From Chloroflexota bacterium (GTDB lineage: Bacteria > Chloroflexota > UBA11872): a DNA stretch of 64,000 nucleotides. The stretch is taken from assembly GCA_026706485.1 (NCBI GenBank), contig JAPOYR010000010.1, forward strand, positions 145,798 through 209,797, in the 5' to 3' direction. Position numbers and translations under genes: made by a program. The notes below the pieces were generated by a model. That model saw nothing but the letters and a program-made list of their open reading frames with translations, had not been told where the DNA came from and made no database searches. Position 1 is the stretch's first letter, and each line of letters opens with the position of its first letter. Below, piece by piece: positions 1 through 9,550 of the stretch.

Positions 1-845
1 TCCCGGTTACCCGACTCTTCGAAAAGCTGCTGAGCCCAGCCGAGCAGGAAGCGTGGAAGGCGCCCGATCCGGAGGACGCCGCCGTCTTGAATGCGGTGGA
101 AGCCGGCACGCGTGAAGGCACGATCGACGCCTACGACTCGGCGATGATCGCCAACGTCATCGAGCTCGGCGATCGCGTCGCGCGCCAGGTCATGACGCCG
201 CGGCCCGACATCGTGGCCATGCCGCGGACGGAGCCCCTGCGGACAGCGCTCGCGTTGGCGCACGAACACGGCCTGTCGCGGCTTCCCGTGTACGACGACG
301 ACCTCGATTCCGTAATCGGCATTCTTCACGTCCGCGAGGCGAGCGCCGCGCTGCTGGACGGGCAGCCGCCATCGGACCTCTCATCCCTGGTTCGTCCGCC
401 GCTATTCGTACCGGAGATGCAGCGCGTCGACCTGCTGTTGCGCGAGCTGCGCGCCCGCAACACCCATATGGCCATCGTGGTCAACGAACACGGCGAAACC
501 GAGGGCCTGGTGACGATCGAGGATCTCCTGGAAGAGATCGTCGGCGAGATCGAGGATGAGTTCGACTCGCCCGAGGTCCAGATTGAGCCCATGGGCGCCG
601 GAGTCATCGAGACCGACGCGAGCGTTCTCATCACCGAGGTCAACGAGGCTCTGGGGCTGGAGCTGGCCGCCGATGACGTCGACACGATCGGCGGCCTGGT
701 CTACAACTCGATGGGAGCGGTACCCAACCCGGGCGATTCCGTGGCCGTCGACGGCGCGGCGCTCGAGGTGCTCACCACAAAAGCCAATCGGATCCTGCGC
801 GTGCGGGTGCGCAAGATTCCCGTGGAGCCGGATCATGGAGGCTGA
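1..845 (+). CDS. CNNM/CorC/HlyC-family protein (CBS pair + CorC_HlyC domain), 5'-truncated by window edge
   Basis: Frame 3 is open from position 3 with no stop before 845. The translation contains a CBS-pair followed by a CorC/HlyC transporter-associated C-terminal domain (IEDLLEEIVGEIEDEFD motif), as in paralogs 2 and 3 downstream. Confidence 0.75.
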   Translation, partial: PVTRLFEKLLSPAEQEAWKAPDPEDAAVLNAVEAGTREGTIDAYDSAMIANVIELGDRVARQVMTPRPDIVAMPRTEPLRTALALAHEHGLSRLPVYDDDLDSVIGILHVREASAALLDGQPPSDLSSLVRPPLFVPEMQRVDLLLRELRARNTHMAIVVNEHGETEGLVTIEDLLEEIVGEIEDEFDSPEVQIEPMGAGVIETDASVLITEVNEALGLELAADDVDTIGGLVYNSMGAVPNPGDSVAVDGAALEVLTTKANRILRVRVRKIPVEPDHGG

Positions 846-968
846 CCAGCCTCCCGATCCGGCGCTCGCCGTTGCCTGCCGCATGCCAGTTGCCTGCCGG
901 CGCCGCCGGTTTTGTCGGCCTAGGGTCACGCAGGGAACGCCGCTATAGAAATCCTGGTCGGCCTCGCG

Positions 969-2252
969 GTGTTCGTGGTGCTCATCGCGATCAACGCGCT
1001 ATTCGCCGGAGGCCAGTTTGCGCTCATTGCGGTAGACCGCTATCGCATCGACGATTTGGCCAGCCGCAACGTCCGCGGCGCGCGTCTGGTGCAGCGAGCC
1101 CTGCGGACGCTTTCATTCCAGCTCTCAGGGGCCCAGCTGGGAATCACCATCAGCTCGCTGATCCTGGGCTGGGTTGTCGACGGCGCACTCTCGCCAATAC
1201 TTCGGCCACTGTTGGGCTGGCTGCCGCCGGGGTCTATCGGCGCCGCAACCGCGGCAATCGCGCTGGTGCTTGCGACCGCGCTGCAAATGGTCTTCGGCGA
1301 GCTGGCGCCCAAGAACCTGGCCATTGCACGGCCCGCCCGCACCGCGGTCGTCTTCGTCCCGCCCGTGGTGCTCATCAACACCTTGGCGGGCCCCCTCATC
1401 CGCTTCCTGAACGCGGCGGCCAACTGGTCCATGCAGCGCGTGGGGATTCAGCCGCGCGAGGAGCTCCCCGGCGTCGAGTCGCTCGAGGAGCTCCGGAGCA
1501 CGCTCCGCTGGGCGGCGCTGGAGGGTGAGATCGAGGGTGTCGAGCACACGCTGCTCGACCGGGCGCTCAGCCTGCGCGACCGCGCCGCGCGCGACGTCCA
1601 GGTCCCCCGCTCGTCGGTCGTCTCGCTGGCCGGCGACGCCACCTACGCGGACTTGATCGAGGCGGCGCGGGACACCGGACACTCGCGCTTCCCCATCCAG
1701 GATGTCTACGGCTCGGGATTCGCGGCCATCGCGCACGTGAAGGACGCCCTCCGGGTCGCGGCGGAGGATCGCGCGCGAACGGCGCTTGCGCCCAGCGGCC
1801 AACCGCTGGTCGTAGTCCCGGAGTCCACCGATTTGCACAGCCTGCTCATCGAGCTGCAACGGCAGGGTCAAACCATGGCCATCGTGCTCGACGAGTTCGG
1901 CAACGAATCCGGCATCGTCACCATCGAGGACATCGTGGAAGAGGTGCTGGGCGAAATCGAGGACGAGTACGACCCCCCAGCCGTGCGGCTGGCGACGCCA
2001 ACCGGTACCGGCGTGTATGAAGCGGACGGACGCATTCGGCAACTGGAGCTGCTCGAAGCCACCGGATTCGAAATGCCCGACGGCCGCTATGACACCTTGG
2101 CGGGGCTGTTGATCATGCGCTTCCAGCGAGTGCCCGACGTTGGCGACCGCATTGAAATCGACGGCTGGCGCTTTCAGGTCCTCGAAATGGACGGTCCGCG
2201 CATTGCGCAGGTTCTGCTCACGTCGCCGGCTCGCCTGCGGGGTCGCGCATGA
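969..2252 (+). CDS. hemolysin/CNNM family protein (DUF21 membrane domain + CBS pair + CorC_HlyC)
   Basis: 427-aa ORF with a hydrophobic DUF21-like N-terminus (VLIAINALFAGGQFAL), a CBS pair and a C-terminal IEDIVEEVLGEIEDEYD CorC motif. The start is GTG at 969, and the frame is open from 924, so the exact start is uncertain. Confidence 0.8.
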   Translation: MFVVLIAINALFAGGQFALIAVDRYRIDDLASRNVRGARLVQRALRTLSFQLSGAQLGITISSLILGWVVDGALSPILRPLLGWLPPGSIGAATAAIALVLATALQMVFGELAPKNLAIARPARTAVVFVPPVVLINTLAGPLIRFLNAAANWSMQRVGIQPREELPGVESLEELRSTLRWAALEGEIEGVEHTLLDRALSLRDRAARDVQVPRSSVVSLAGDATYADLIEAARDTGHSRFPIQDVYGSGFAAIAHVKDALRVAAEDRARTALAPSGQPLVVVPESTDLHSLLIELQRQGQTMAIVLDEFGNESGIVTIEDIVEEVLGEIEDEYDPPAVRLATPTGTGVYEADGRIRQLELLEATGFEMPDGRYDTLAGLLIMRFQRVPDVGDRIEIDGWRFQVLEMDGPRIAQVLLTSPARLRGRA

Positions 2253-3580
2253 ACGTCGTGTTTCTCCTCGCGGCGGTGCTGCTGCTCGCCGTGAACGCGT
2301 TCATGGTCGGAGCGGAGGTGGCCATCACCGCGGCCGCCGGACGACGCTCAGCCATCGAGGCTGAGGCCGCGCGGGGTGGCTATCGCGCGCGACTGGCCAG
2401 CACGTCGCTGCGCGAGCTCGCCTTCATGCTCACCGGCGCGCAGTTTGGGATCACCCTGGCCTCGCTGGGACTTGGATTCGTCGCGGAACCGGCCATCGCT
2501 GACTTGATCGTCCACGCGGTGGGCGATCACATCGACATTCCCGAGAACGTGATCCACGTCATTGCGTCGGCCATTGCCCTCACCCTCGTCGTCTTCCTCC
2601 ACATGGTGCTGGGCGAGATGGCGCCCAAAAACATCGCCATTGCGGAGCCAATCCGAACCATGCTCTGGGTCTCGGTGCCGTACCGGGCCTACGCCAACGC
2701 GATTCGACCGGTGCTATGGGTCCTCAACGGCATGGCCAACCTGGTGCTGCGCGCGTTCGGCATTGCCCCGCGCGAAGAGCTGCGGACGCGCTACACGGCG
2801 ACGCAGATCACCGAGATGCTTTCGGCCTTGCGCCGCATCGAGGCCATCGATGTCTCCGACTTTCGGCTGGTGCAAGGCGCGATCGGGCTCGAATCGCGCA
2901 AGGCCCGCGACATCATGCTGCCGCGATCATCGGTCGTGACCGTGCCCGCCACCGCAACCGTTCGCGAGATCGAGGCCCTTGCCGCTGAAACGGGGCATTC
3001 CCGACTGCCCGTGCTCGGCAGCCAACCGGACGACTTTCGGGGATTCGTGCACATCAAGGACCTGCTGACGCGCACCGATCTGCGGCCATCGTCGGCGCTG
3101 CCGGTCGCCATGATTCGCCCGTTGCCGGTGGTGCCCGAGACCGCCACGCTGGGCGCGCTGCTGCTCGATATGCGACGCCGACGCAGCCATATGGTGCTCG
3201 CCATCGACGAGCACGGCAGCCCGGCGGGCGTCGTGGCTCTGGAGGATCTGCTGGAAGAGCTGGTGGGCGAAATCGCCGATGAGTTCGATCGGCAGTCCCA
3301 TCTGCCGTCAGCCCAGCCCGGACGCTTCGTCGTGGCCGGCAGCCTGCGTCCCGCCGATCTCGAGGACCGGACGGGCCTGCAACTGCCCGAAGGTCCCTAT
3401 TCCACGGTCGCCGGGTACGTGATGCAGCAGCTCGGCGCCATGCCCCGCGTCGGACAAATGGTGATTCACGACGGGTGGCGACTCCACGTGCGCCGCATGC
3501 AGGGTCCGCGCGTGGCCGAAATCGAGCTCGTGCCTCCGGAAACGGCCTCGGAGGCGGACGCTGGCGCTGCTCCCGAGTGA
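2249..3580 (+). CDS. hemolysin/CNNM family protein (DUF21 + CBS pair + CorC_HlyC), third tandem paralog
   Basis: 443-aa ORF with the same architecture (LEDLLEELVGEIADEFD). Its start overlaps the previous stop by 4 bp. Confidence 0.8.
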   Translation: MNVVFLLAAVLLLAVNAFMVGAEVAITAAAGRRSAIEAEAARGGYRARLASTSLRELAFMLTGAQFGITLASLGLGFVAEPAIADLIVHAVGDHIDIPENVIHVIASAIALTLVVFLHMVLGEMAPKNIAIAEPIRTMLWVSVPYRAYANAIRPVLWVLNGMANLVLRAFGIAPREELRTRYTATQITEMLSALRRIEAIDVSDFRLVQGAIGLESRKARDIMLPRSSVVTVPATATVREIEALAAETGHSRLPVLGSQPDDFRGFVHIKDLLTRTDLRPSSALPVAMIRPLPVVPETATLGALLLDMRRRRSHMVLAIDEHGSPAGVVALEDLLEELVGEIADEFDRQSHLPSAQPGRFVVAGSLRPADLEDRTGLQLPEGPYSTVAGYVMQQLGAMPRVGQMVIHDGWRLHVRRMQGPRVAEIELVPPETASEADAGAAPE

Positions 3581-3624
3581 CGGCGACCATTGCCCGCGGA
3601 ACTGCCGCCGCTTAGGCTGAGGCC

Positions 3625-4407
3625 ATGCCGGAAATGGGCCGCTCACAAACCTATCGCGCAGAGGGCATCGTGCTCGGTCGGCGCGACCTGGGCGACGCCG
3701 ACCGCATCGTCACGCTCTTTACTCGCGAGTTCGGTCGACGCCGCTTGGTTGCGCGCGGCTCGCGGCGGCCCGCCAGCCACCTGGCGCCCAGTATCGAGCT
3801 CTTCAACCGCGTCCGCATCCTGGGCGTCGTGGGCTCGTCCCTCGACATCCTTTCGCAGGTCGAGGAGCTGGAGTCGCACCCGCGCCTGCGAACCGACCTG
3901 GCGGCCTTCGCCGCGGCGGGGTGGTCCGTCGAGCTACTCGACGGTTTGAGCGAAGACAACGAACCATCGCTCGACGCGTACGACGCGGTACTCACGTTTC
4001 TGCGGGGACTCGACCTGAGCAGCGACCCGCCGGAGCTTTGGCTCACGGCGTTGGCGCTCATCCTCCTGCAAGTGCACGGCTACTCACCCGAGCTAAGCCG
4101 CTGCACCACGTGCGGACAGCCGCTGCAACCCGGCGACCATCGCTTTGCCAGCGCGGCGGGAGGTGTGGTTTGCCGGACCGACAGCCGCGAACATGAATCA
4201 CGGCCCCTGAGCGTCTCGGCACTCAAGGTGCTGCGGTATCTCGCCCGCGAGGGGTTTCACGCCGCCTCGCGCTTGCGGGTGGACGCCGACGTGCGCGCCG
4301 AGGTTCGAGACATCCTGCGGGCCTACTCGTCAACCATCCTCGAACGCGATGTGAAGTCCGCGCGCATGCTAACTCCGGCGGCGCCTGGGAAGCTGGCGGC
4401 ACGCTGA
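3625..4407 (+). CDS. recO: DNA repair protein RecO
   Basis: N-terminal OB-fold region (YRAEGIVLGRRDLGDADRIVTLFTRE) and a C-terminal zinc-finger CTTCGQ...C pattern typical of RecO. 260 aa. Confidence 0.85.
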   Translation: MPEMGRSQTYRAEGIVLGRRDLGDADRIVTLFTREFGRRRLVARGSRRPASHLAPSIELFNRVRILGVVGSSLDILSQVEELESHPRLRTDLAAFAAAGWSVELLDGLSEDNEPSLDAYDAVLTFLRGLDLSSDPPELWLTALALILLQVHGYSPELSRCTTCGQPLQPGDHRFASAAGGVVCRTDSREHESRPLSVSALKVLRYLAREGFHAASRLRVDADVRAEVRDILRAYSSTILERDVKSARMLTPAAPGKLAAR

Positions 4408-4465
4408 CCGGCCTCACGCATGGCGCGACCCGCGGCGGGTCGCTGCCGAATCGGAAGGACTAGCA

Positions 4466-5770
4466 ATGGCTGCGCCCGATCTCGACACCCTGGTCGCTCT
4501 TGCCAAGCGTCGCGGATTCGTATTCGGGAGCTCCGAGATCTACGGCGGGTTCGCCAGCACCTGGGACTACGGACCGCTGGGCGCCGAGTTGATCCGCAAC
4601 GTCAAGGAAGCCTGGTGGCGCCGCGTGGTGATGGCCCGCGAGGACGTGGTGGGCCTGAACGCCTCGATCCTCATGCATCCCCGGGTCTGGGAAGCTTCGG
4701 GACACGTCGAGAACTTCAACGACCCCCTGGTCGAATGTCCCGAGTGCCGCCGCCGCTTTCGCCAGGATGACGTGCCGGACGGCGCGTGCCCGCATGACGG
4801 TGCGGCGCTCACCGATCCGCGCCGCTTCAACACCATGTTCAGCACACAGGTCGGACCGGTCGCGGAGTCGGCGGCCACGGCCTACCTCCGGCCCGAGACG
4901 GCTCAAGCGATCTTCGTCAACTTCAAGAACGTCCTCGACTCAACGCGCGTCCGACTGCCGTTCGGAATCGCCCAGATCGGCAAGGCGTTCCGCAACGAGA
5001 TCACCACGGGAAACTTCATCTTCCGCAGCCGCGAGTTCGAGCAGATGGAGCTGGAATATTTCGTGGAGCCTGGTCAGGACGCGGCCGCCTACCAAGCCTG
5101 GGTCGATGAGCGCTTGGCCTGGTGGCAGGAGTTCGGGCTCGACTCCAGTCGTCTTCGGCTGCGCCCGCACGGCGCCGACGAGCTTTCGCACTACTCGAAG
5201 GGCACCACCGACATCGAGTACGAGTTCCCCTTCGGCTGGGGTGAGCTGGAAGGCATTGCCAACCGCACCGATTTCGACCTCGCGCGGCACGCCGAGGCCA
5301 GCGGGGAGACACTCACGGTGTTCGACGAAGCCTCCAAGTCGCACATCCGGCCCTACGTCGTCGAGCCGGCGAGCGGTGTCGACCGCGCGGCGTTGGCATT
5401 CCTGGCCGACGCCTACACCGAGCAGGAAGTGCGCGGCGAGACGCGAGTCTTCCTGAACCTGGACCCGCGCCTGGCGCCAATCAAGGCCGCCATTTTTCCG
5501 CTGGCGCGCAACAAGCCCGACTTGGTCAAGCTCGCGCGAGACGTTCGAGCGCGTCTGGCCGCGTCGTGGCCGGTCTTCTACGACGCCGGCGGGTCCATTG
5601 GGCGACGCTACGCCCGCCAGGACGAGGCCGGCACGCCATTCGGAATCACCGTGGACTACGACTCGCTGGACGACCACTCCGTGACCGTCCGTCACCGCGA
5701 CACGATGGACCAGGACCGCGTGGCCGTAGACGACCTTCACGGCTTCCTGGCCGAGCGGCTGGCCTGGTAA
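4466..5770 (+). CDS. glyQS: glycine--tRNA ligase (class II, homodimeric GlyQS type)
   Basis: N-terminal RGFVFGSSEIYGGFASTWDYGPLG and class-II aaRS motifs. 434 aa. Confidence 0.9.
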   Translation: MAAPDLDTLVALAKRRGFVFGSSEIYGGFASTWDYGPLGAELIRNVKEAWWRRVVMAREDVVGLNASILMHPRVWEASGHVENFNDPLVECPECRRRFRQDDVPDGACPHDGAALTDPRRFNTMFSTQVGPVAESAATAYLRPETAQAIFVNFKNVLDSTRVRLPFGIAQIGKAFRNEITTGNFIFRSREFEQMELEYFVEPGQDAAAYQAWVDERLAWWQEFGLDSSRLRLRPHGADELSHYSKGTTDIEYEFPFGWGELEGIANRTDFDLARHAEASGETLTVFDEASKSHIRPYVVEPASGVDRAALAFLADAYTEQEVRGETRVFLNLDPRLAPIKAAIFPLARNKPDLVKLARDVRARLAASWPVFYDAGGSIGRRYARQDEAGTPFGITVDYDSLDDHSVTVRHRDTMDQDRVAVDDLHGFLAERLAW

Positions 5771-5772
5771 GC

Positions 5773-6411
5773 ATGGGCGGCGAGGGCGGTCAGCCGGCGG
5801 CCGGATCCTACTCGCGGGCCGAGCGAATCATCCTGGGGCCGTTTCGCCGCGCAATGGCGGTCGTTCTCGCACCGGTGGTGGCTGCGCTGGCCTGGCTCGG
5901 CGTGCCGCCGACGGCTGTGTCGTTGAGCCAGATTCCCATCGGATTCGCCGCCGCCGCGCTCATCATGCACGCGCCGCGCGTGGCCCTGGGGCTATTCGTG
6001 GGCACGCTGCTGCTGGACGCCATCGACGGGGCGCTGGCGCGAAAAACGGGCCGTGCGTCAGCCTTCGGAGCCCTGGCCGACCAGGTTTCCGACCACATCC
6101 GCGAGATCACGTTCGTGGGCGGTCTGGTCGCCGCCGGCGCGATGCGGGGCGAAATCGGCGTGGCCTACGCGCTGTTGTATCCGCTGGTGAACTTCATGCT
6201 CTACGCCGCCAATCGCCACGGCGCCGACGTGCCTCTGGCGATCAAGACTTGGATGTCGTTCTACCCGTTTCTGCTCATCTACCTGGCGTTCGAGATCAAC
6301 TGGCTGGACTATGCCGGCGCGGCGTCCGCCGGATTCATGGCCGCAACGTCGATCACGGCGCTAGTGCTCATGCGGCATCGCATGAATGGCAACAACCTGC
6401 CGACCGACTAG
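5773..6411 (+). CDS. CDP-alcohol phosphatidyltransferase family protein
   Basis: Multi-TM protein carrying the D-G-x2-A-R...G-x3-D-x3-D motif (DAIDGALARKTG...GALADQVSDH). The ATG at 5773 follows the glyQS stop in the same frame as the longer ORF-track call (5566), and the upstream part overlaps glyQS. Confidence 0.7.
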   Translation: MGGEGGQPAAGSYSRAERIILGPFRRAMAVVLAPVVAALAWLGVPPTAVSLSQIPIGFAAAALIMHAPRVALGLFVGTLLLDAIDGALARKTGRASAFGALADQVSDHIREITFVGGLVAAGAMRGEIGVAYALLYPLVNFMLYAANRHGADVPLAIKTWMSFYPFLLIYLAFEINWLDYAGAASAGFMAATSITALVLMRHRMNGNNLPTD

Positions 6412-6488
6412 TACATCGCCATTCCACCGCGACGCTGACTGAAGCCCGGTGATGTAGGCGGCGTCGTTCCGCCAGTCTGAATCTTGGG

Positions 6489-7349
6489 TCAGCCCTCGGG
6501 CCGTTGCCCTCCGGCGGTGTCAACCACCCACTGCCACGGCCGATAGCGTTGAACCGGCGCGTCCGGGTGGGCGCCGTCCCAAATGATGACCAGCGGCGGA
6601 CCGACCCGGTCCAGGGGCGGAAACTGAAACCAGCCGCGCTCGACCGCCCCGGATTCCACCCGCCCGCGCGGCGGCGGCACGCCATGTCCGGTCGGGAACA
6701 CCGCGCGGAACTCGACCTCGCCTCGCTGCACCCGCACTCCCGTACCGATCGCACTGATGGTCTCGTCGCTCCGGTTCTCCACCGCGAACAGGAGCCGGGT
6801 TTCCTCCGCCGCGAACTCGATTCGCTCCAGCGTCACGCGAATATCGACCTGGGTGAGCGTCTGTCCAACATCGACTACCCACACCGCCGGACGAATGCCG
6901 AGCCGGTCGGTGATCGTGAGCGCCGTCACGCGCACGCGAGGGATGAGCGCCTCGCGACCATCCGGATAGGTGTGCGGCTCGCTGCCCTCCACGACGCCGC
7001 GCACGACAACGAACGCGTTCGCCTCGAGCTCCGGCGGCACCCCCTGGATGACAAACGCCGTCGGCAACTCGTCGTTGTCGAAGTCGACCCACACCAGGAA
7101 CGCCGTCTCGTTGCTCTCCGGGAGATCGGCGACGTCAAACACCCAGCCCCGCAGCTCCACCTCGCGACCGACGACTTCGGCGGCGTCCGAGTGCGCCACC
7201 ACCCAGTCGCCGTTCGTAAGCCTCGACTGCGTCGCGGGGGCCGTCGCGGCGCCCGACGCCTCCTCGCCAGCCGATCCGCACCCAGCAAGCAGGGCCACGC
7301 TGGCGGCGAGCCCCGCCAGAACCATGCACGCCGCGCTCCGGCCGGTCAT
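6489..7349 (-). CDS. hypothetical lipoprotein (DUF4352-like beta-sandwich C-terminal region)
   Basis: The internal Met gives a signal peptide with a lipobox (MTGRSAACMVLAGLAASVALLAGCGS). The longer ORF-track start (7400) would overlap the downstream divergent gene. Confidence 0.55.
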   Translation of the reverse strand: MTGRSAACMVLAGLAASVALLAGCGSAGEEASGAATAPATQSRLTNGDWVVAHSDAAEVVGREVELRGWVFDVADLPESNETAFLVWVDFDNDELPTAFVIQGVPPELEANAFVVVRGVVEGSEPHTYPDGREALIPRVRVTALTITDRLGIRPAVWVVDVGQTLTQVDIRVTLERIEFAAEETRLLFAVENRSDETISAIGTGVRVQRGEVEFRAVFPTGHGVPPPRGRVESGAVERGWFQFPPLDRVGPPLVIIWDGAHPDAPVQRYRPWQWVVDTAGGQRPEG

Positions 7350-7387
7350 ACTGCGGCGATTGAGCACCGGCATCTCCAGGAGGCGCC

Positions 7388-8503
7388 ATGGCGCGCACAC
7401 GGGTAGCAGTCATCGGTCTCGGACGTATCGCCAGCACCATCGACGACGAGATTCAGGTCTACGACGGACACTCCCTCCCCTATTCCCACATCGCCTGCTT
7501 TCGGGCTGTTCCCGAGGTCGAGATCGTTGGCATGTCCGACACGTGGGAGGAACAACGCGAGGCCGCACGTCAGCGCTGGGGTTTCGACGCCATCTACGCC
7601 GACTATCGCGCGATGCTCGACGAAACGCGCCCCGACATCGTGAGCGTGTGCACCTCGGCGGAGCCCCGCGCCTCCATCCTCGTCGACGTTGCCAAGGGAG
7701 GGTACGGCGTCAAGGCCATTTGGGCGGAGAAGCCGATCACCATCTCCCTGCAAGAGGCCGACGACGTGGTCAACGCCTGCAACGACGCGGGCATCGCCTT
7801 GGCGGTCAACTGCACCCGTCGCTGGATGAATACCTATACCCAGGCCCTGCGCATGGTCAACGACGGCCTGATCGGCGACGTGCAGCACGTCGTGGCCAGG
7901 GCGCGATCGGGACTTTCGCACAACGGCAGTCACATGCTCACCACGCTCACCATGTTCACCGGCGGTCGCGCCGAGTGGGTCGTGGGCGAGCTGGGGCCCG
8001 ACGAGGATCCTATGAGCGACAACGACTTCACGGCCAGCGGATTCCTGGCGTTTCCCAATGGCGTGCGCGGCTATTTTCGCGCGTTGGACAACGGCCCCAA
8101 CGACCATTCGTACGACATCACCGGCACGACCGGCATGATCCGCATGATGGGCGACGGGCGCCTGAGCGAGTTGTGGACCAGCGAGGCCCCCCTTCCCGGA
8201 CAGCGGAATCCGCAGGCGGCGCGTCGCTTCTTCCCGCCCGAGCGCCAGGTGCGCGCCGGCGCCGTGAACGTGATCTATGACCTGATCCACTGCATCGAGA
8301 CGGGCGACACCCCCAAGTGCAGCGGCGAGGACGCGCGCGAAGCGCTGGAAATCGCCATCGCCACCCGCCAATCGCACCGGCGCGGCAACGTGCGCGTGAA
8401 CCTGCCGGTCGAGGACCGCCGCGAGCGCATCATTTCGGCGGAGGTCGTCAATAGTGGCGGCATTCCACGCGCCATCCAGCGGCAGCGCGACGCCCAAGGC
8501 TAA
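7388..8503 (+). CDS. Gfo/Idh/MocA family oxidoreductase
   Basis: N-terminal Rossmann region (RVAVIGLGRIAS) and the EKP motif (AIWAEKPITISLQEA) typical of the family. 371 aa. Confidence 0.8.
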   Translation: MARTRVAVIGLGRIASTIDDEIQVYDGHSLPYSHIACFRAVPEVEIVGMSDTWEEQREAARQRWGFDAIYADYRAMLDETRPDIVSVCTSAEPRASILVDVAKGGYGVKAIWAEKPITISLQEADDVVNACNDAGIALAVNCTRRWMNTYTQALRMVNDGLIGDVQHVVARARSGLSHNGSHMLTTLTMFTGGRAEWVVGELGPDEDPMSDNDFTASGFLAFPNGVRGYFRALDNGPNDHSYDITGTTGMIRMMGDGRLSELWTSEAPLPGQRNPQAARRFFPPERQVRAGAVNVIYDLIHCIETGDTPKCSGEDAREALEIAIATRQSHRRGNVRVNLPVEDRRERIISAEVVNSGGIPRAIQRQRDAQG

Positions 8504-8527
8504 GCCCGCTCGGCAGCATCGCGGGCC

Positions 8528-9547
8528 TCAGGTGAGCGCGCCGACGTACCACACCGCACTCTCACCCAATCGTGCCAGCGCGTAGCCGCCCTCAAGCACG
8601 TGGAGCGTGGGAATCTCCAGGCGGGCGATCGCGGCGCCGACGCGCGAAAAGTCCTCGCTCTGCAGCGTGAATGACGCAATCGGGTCGTCGGCATGGGTGT
8701 CGAACCCGAGCGACACGATGAGCCGGGCCGGCGCAAAATCCGCAATCCGATTGCACGCGTCCGCCAGCGTTAAGGCGAAGTCGTCGATTGCGGTACCGGG
8801 CCACATCGGAAAGTTGAGGTTGAATCCTTCACCCTCGCCCGACCCGCGTTCCGCGGCAGTTCCGGAGAATCCCGGATAGGCCCAGCGCGGATCGGCATGC
8901 AGCGACACGTAGAGAATGTCGCCCCGGTCGTAGGTGAGGTGTTGCGAGCCGTTGCCGTGGTGATAGTCCACGTCCAGGATCGCTACTCGACCGGCTGAAA
9001 GCAGCTCATGGGCGGCGATCACCGCGTTGTTGAAATAGCAAAACCCACCCATTCGATCGTGCTCGGCGTGGTGACCCGGTGGACGACACAGGGCGAACGC
9101 ATGTGGCGCCCCGTTCTTGACGAGGTCGGCGCCGGTCACGACCACATCCACCGCCGATCGCGCCGCCCGGTAGGTCGCGCGCATCAGCGGCGCGTCGGTG
9201 CCGAAGGCGAAGTAGCTCGCCCGCACTGCCAGGCTGTCGCTGTCTAGGACGGCGGCGTCCGCCGAAACCCCGGCTGGCGCGAGCTGCTCATCGCCGGTCA
9301 GCTCACCGCACGCGTGATCGATGAACTTGCGGTACGCCGGGGCGTGCACGCGATCCACCAGCAGGTCGTCGCAGGGAGCGGCCGGCACCAAGTCGGCAAG
9401 GCCCGCGGCATCCAAGGCCTCCCGGATCAGCCGGGGGCGGGAGGGCACCTCGGGATGCGGATGGTCGACGCCGTCGATGGCCTGCAGCGTGGGTGCATGG
9501 TCCACGTGAGCGTCGGACCACACCACCGGGATTCGGGCGCCGGACAT
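8528..9547 (-). CDS. histone deacetylase-family protein (acetoin utilization AcuC / acetylpolyamine amidohydrolase-like)
   Basis: HDAC signature residues (CRPPGHHAE, DVDYHHGNGSQ, FDTHADDP and the EGGY motif). 339 aa. Confidence 0.8.
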   Translation of the reverse strand: MSGARIPVVWSDAHVDHAPTLQAIDGVDHPHPEVPSRPRLIREALDAAGLADLVPAAPCDDLLVDRVHAPAYRKFIDHACGELTGDEQLAPAGVSADAAVLDSDSLAVRASYFAFGTDAPLMRATYRAARSAVDVVVTGADLVKNGAPHAFALCRPPGHHAEHDRMGGFCYFNNAVIAAHELLSAGRVAILDVDYHHGNGSQHLTYDRGDILYVSLHADPRWAYPGFSGTAAERGSGEGEGFNLNFPMWPGTAIDDFALTLADACNRIADFAPARLIVSLGFDTHADDPIASFTLQSEDFSRVGAAIARLEIPTLHVLEGGYALARLGESAVWYVGALT

Positions 9548-9550
9548 TCG

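Noticed and set aside
1125-2042. 305-aa minus-strand ORF antisense to the second CorC/HlyC gene, with several similar ORFs at 402..929, 2791..3204 and 3054..3590
   Set aside because: Long antisense open frames are expected at this GC content. The sense strand has clear domain homology, while the antisense translations are Arg/Gly/Pro-rich low-complexity sequences.
6504-7406. 300-aa plus-strand ORF overlapping the lipoprotein gene, and 6970..8280 + (436 aa) overlapping the Gfo/Idh/MocA gene
   Set aside because: Arg/His-rich, low-complexity antisense or out-of-frame products. The alternative-frame genes have recognisable folds and signal peptides.
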